DNA of 64,000 nt from Lytechinus pictus (Eukaryota), in NCBI RefSeq assembly GCF_037042905.1, contig NC_087252.1:26104001-26168000 (forward strand), given 5' to 3'. Positions 62,941 through 64,000 of this stretch are shown here, piece by piece. The notes beneath the pieces were generated by a model. That model was not told the DNA's origin and did no database searches. It worked only from the letters and a program-made list of their open reading frames with translations. The position numbers and the translations under genes were made by a program. Every line of letters starts with the position of its first letter. Position 1 is the stretch's first letter.

Positions 62941-63511
62941 AGGGATCGTTTAACTTTGTGAGCAGCTGATTAAAAAAATTCTCAAACTGAGTTGAAACGT
63001 GCGTATGAGTGCCTGTATTTGTCCTCAAAAACCCTGAAACAGACCACAATATAGGATGAGAAACTCTAATTTAGATACAAGTAGCAATTTATTAGCCTGA
63101 TTTTGAGAACCGTCTAGTAGACGGGTTCAGCTTATGACCAGTTTTCTCCAATTCAAAAAGTCTGTTGGCTATTTTGACTGCCTTCTGTTGTGTGTATCTC
63201 CTATACACACACTATTAGCTGCACTGTACATTCAGTGTATACTTTGTACACACTGTATGTAGGTCATGCTGTGTTCATCTAGAATTAATGTGTTGTGGTG
63301 CACAGATTACCTGTATACACATAGTCATTGAAACCAACTCCCAATTATTTCAAAGTTTGGTTTACATCTCCAAGGTTTTAAAATTGATCATGTAAATATA
63401 ATACTTTGAAACTTTTGGGATGGTATTTTTACACTATAAGCCTAATGTTAAGCCCATTTTCAGGAACCAAAAGGAGAATTTTTTAAATCAGAACAAAGTG
63501 AAATGATCACT
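62941..63511. mobile_element. Kolobok-like MITE
   Basis: ttaa|agggatcgtttaactttgt...acaaagtgaaatgatcact|tcaa (imperfect). Confidence 0.55.
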
Positions 63512-63540
63512 TCAAGCCTGTATTCTGAAGTCGGGTTTAA

Positions 63541-64000
63541 AGGGGAATCCAACCCAAATAAAAACTTGTTTTTATAAGAAAAATAAAAAACAGACAAGTT
63601 GATAGGTGAAAGTTTGAACAATATTGGACAAACAACAAGAAAGTTATGAATTTTTAAAAGTTGTAAATATTGGTAATCACTATACTCATGGAGATTTCAA
63701 ATTGGCCGCATATGGGATGTCATAGTGATGTAAGGCAAGGACTACTCTTCCATGTACTCCAATACATATTATGGCTAAAATGTCATTTTTCCCAAAAGTT
63801 TTATTTCAAATTATATTTTTCTTTCATGAGGACATTAACATACTACCTGGGTTATATTTAGATCACTGCCCTAGGGGAATGGGTACTTACGAGAAAACCA
63901 CAAATCACTGATAATAAAGTACATGGCCTATGGGAAAGTTGTCCTTGCCCCTTGTCATAATTTACTTACCCAGTTGCCAATTTGAAATCTACATACCATT
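63541..64000. mobile_element. Kolobok-like MITE inserted into a family-B MITE (63516-63540); runs off the window
   Basis: gcctgtattctgaagtcgggt-ttaa|aggggaatccaaccc. Confidence 0.75.

Overview
AT-rich, intron-rich animal DNA; the repeat families and gene style suggest a sea urchin (inference). Two protein-coding genes, both on the minus strand and both cut by the window edges. (1) 21534-62496: 36 exons that I joined by hand into one open frame of 4667 nt (~1555 codons). It encodes an extracellular kielin/chordin-like (KCP/Crossveinless-2/BMPER-related) protein: EGF x3 - Ig - EGF x3 - cbEGF x2 - half VWC - VWC x13 - VWD(GDPH) - C8 - TIL - stop. Its 5' end lies beyond 64000. (2) 5514-14242, with a probable non-coding first exon near 16712: a FAM234-like type II membrane beta-propeller gene whose 3' part runs off the left edge. 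Introns hold many tRNA-derived SINEs, non-autonomous DNA transposons (TTAA, TTA, TA, 8-bp, 6-bp and AATT target duplications), a Helentron/DINE-like tandem-repeat element, a 7SL-like element and micro/minisatellites. The most unusual signals are in the KCP-like gene: four local duplications of exon boundaries (one gives a candidate pair of in-frame microexons), an inverted repeat pair around a 297-nt three-EGF cassette, coordinated loss of a C8 disulfide and a GC-AG intron. The SINEs show head/tail shuffling. No prokaryote-type system or CRISPR array is supported. Coordinates were counted by eye and repeat boundaries are approximate.
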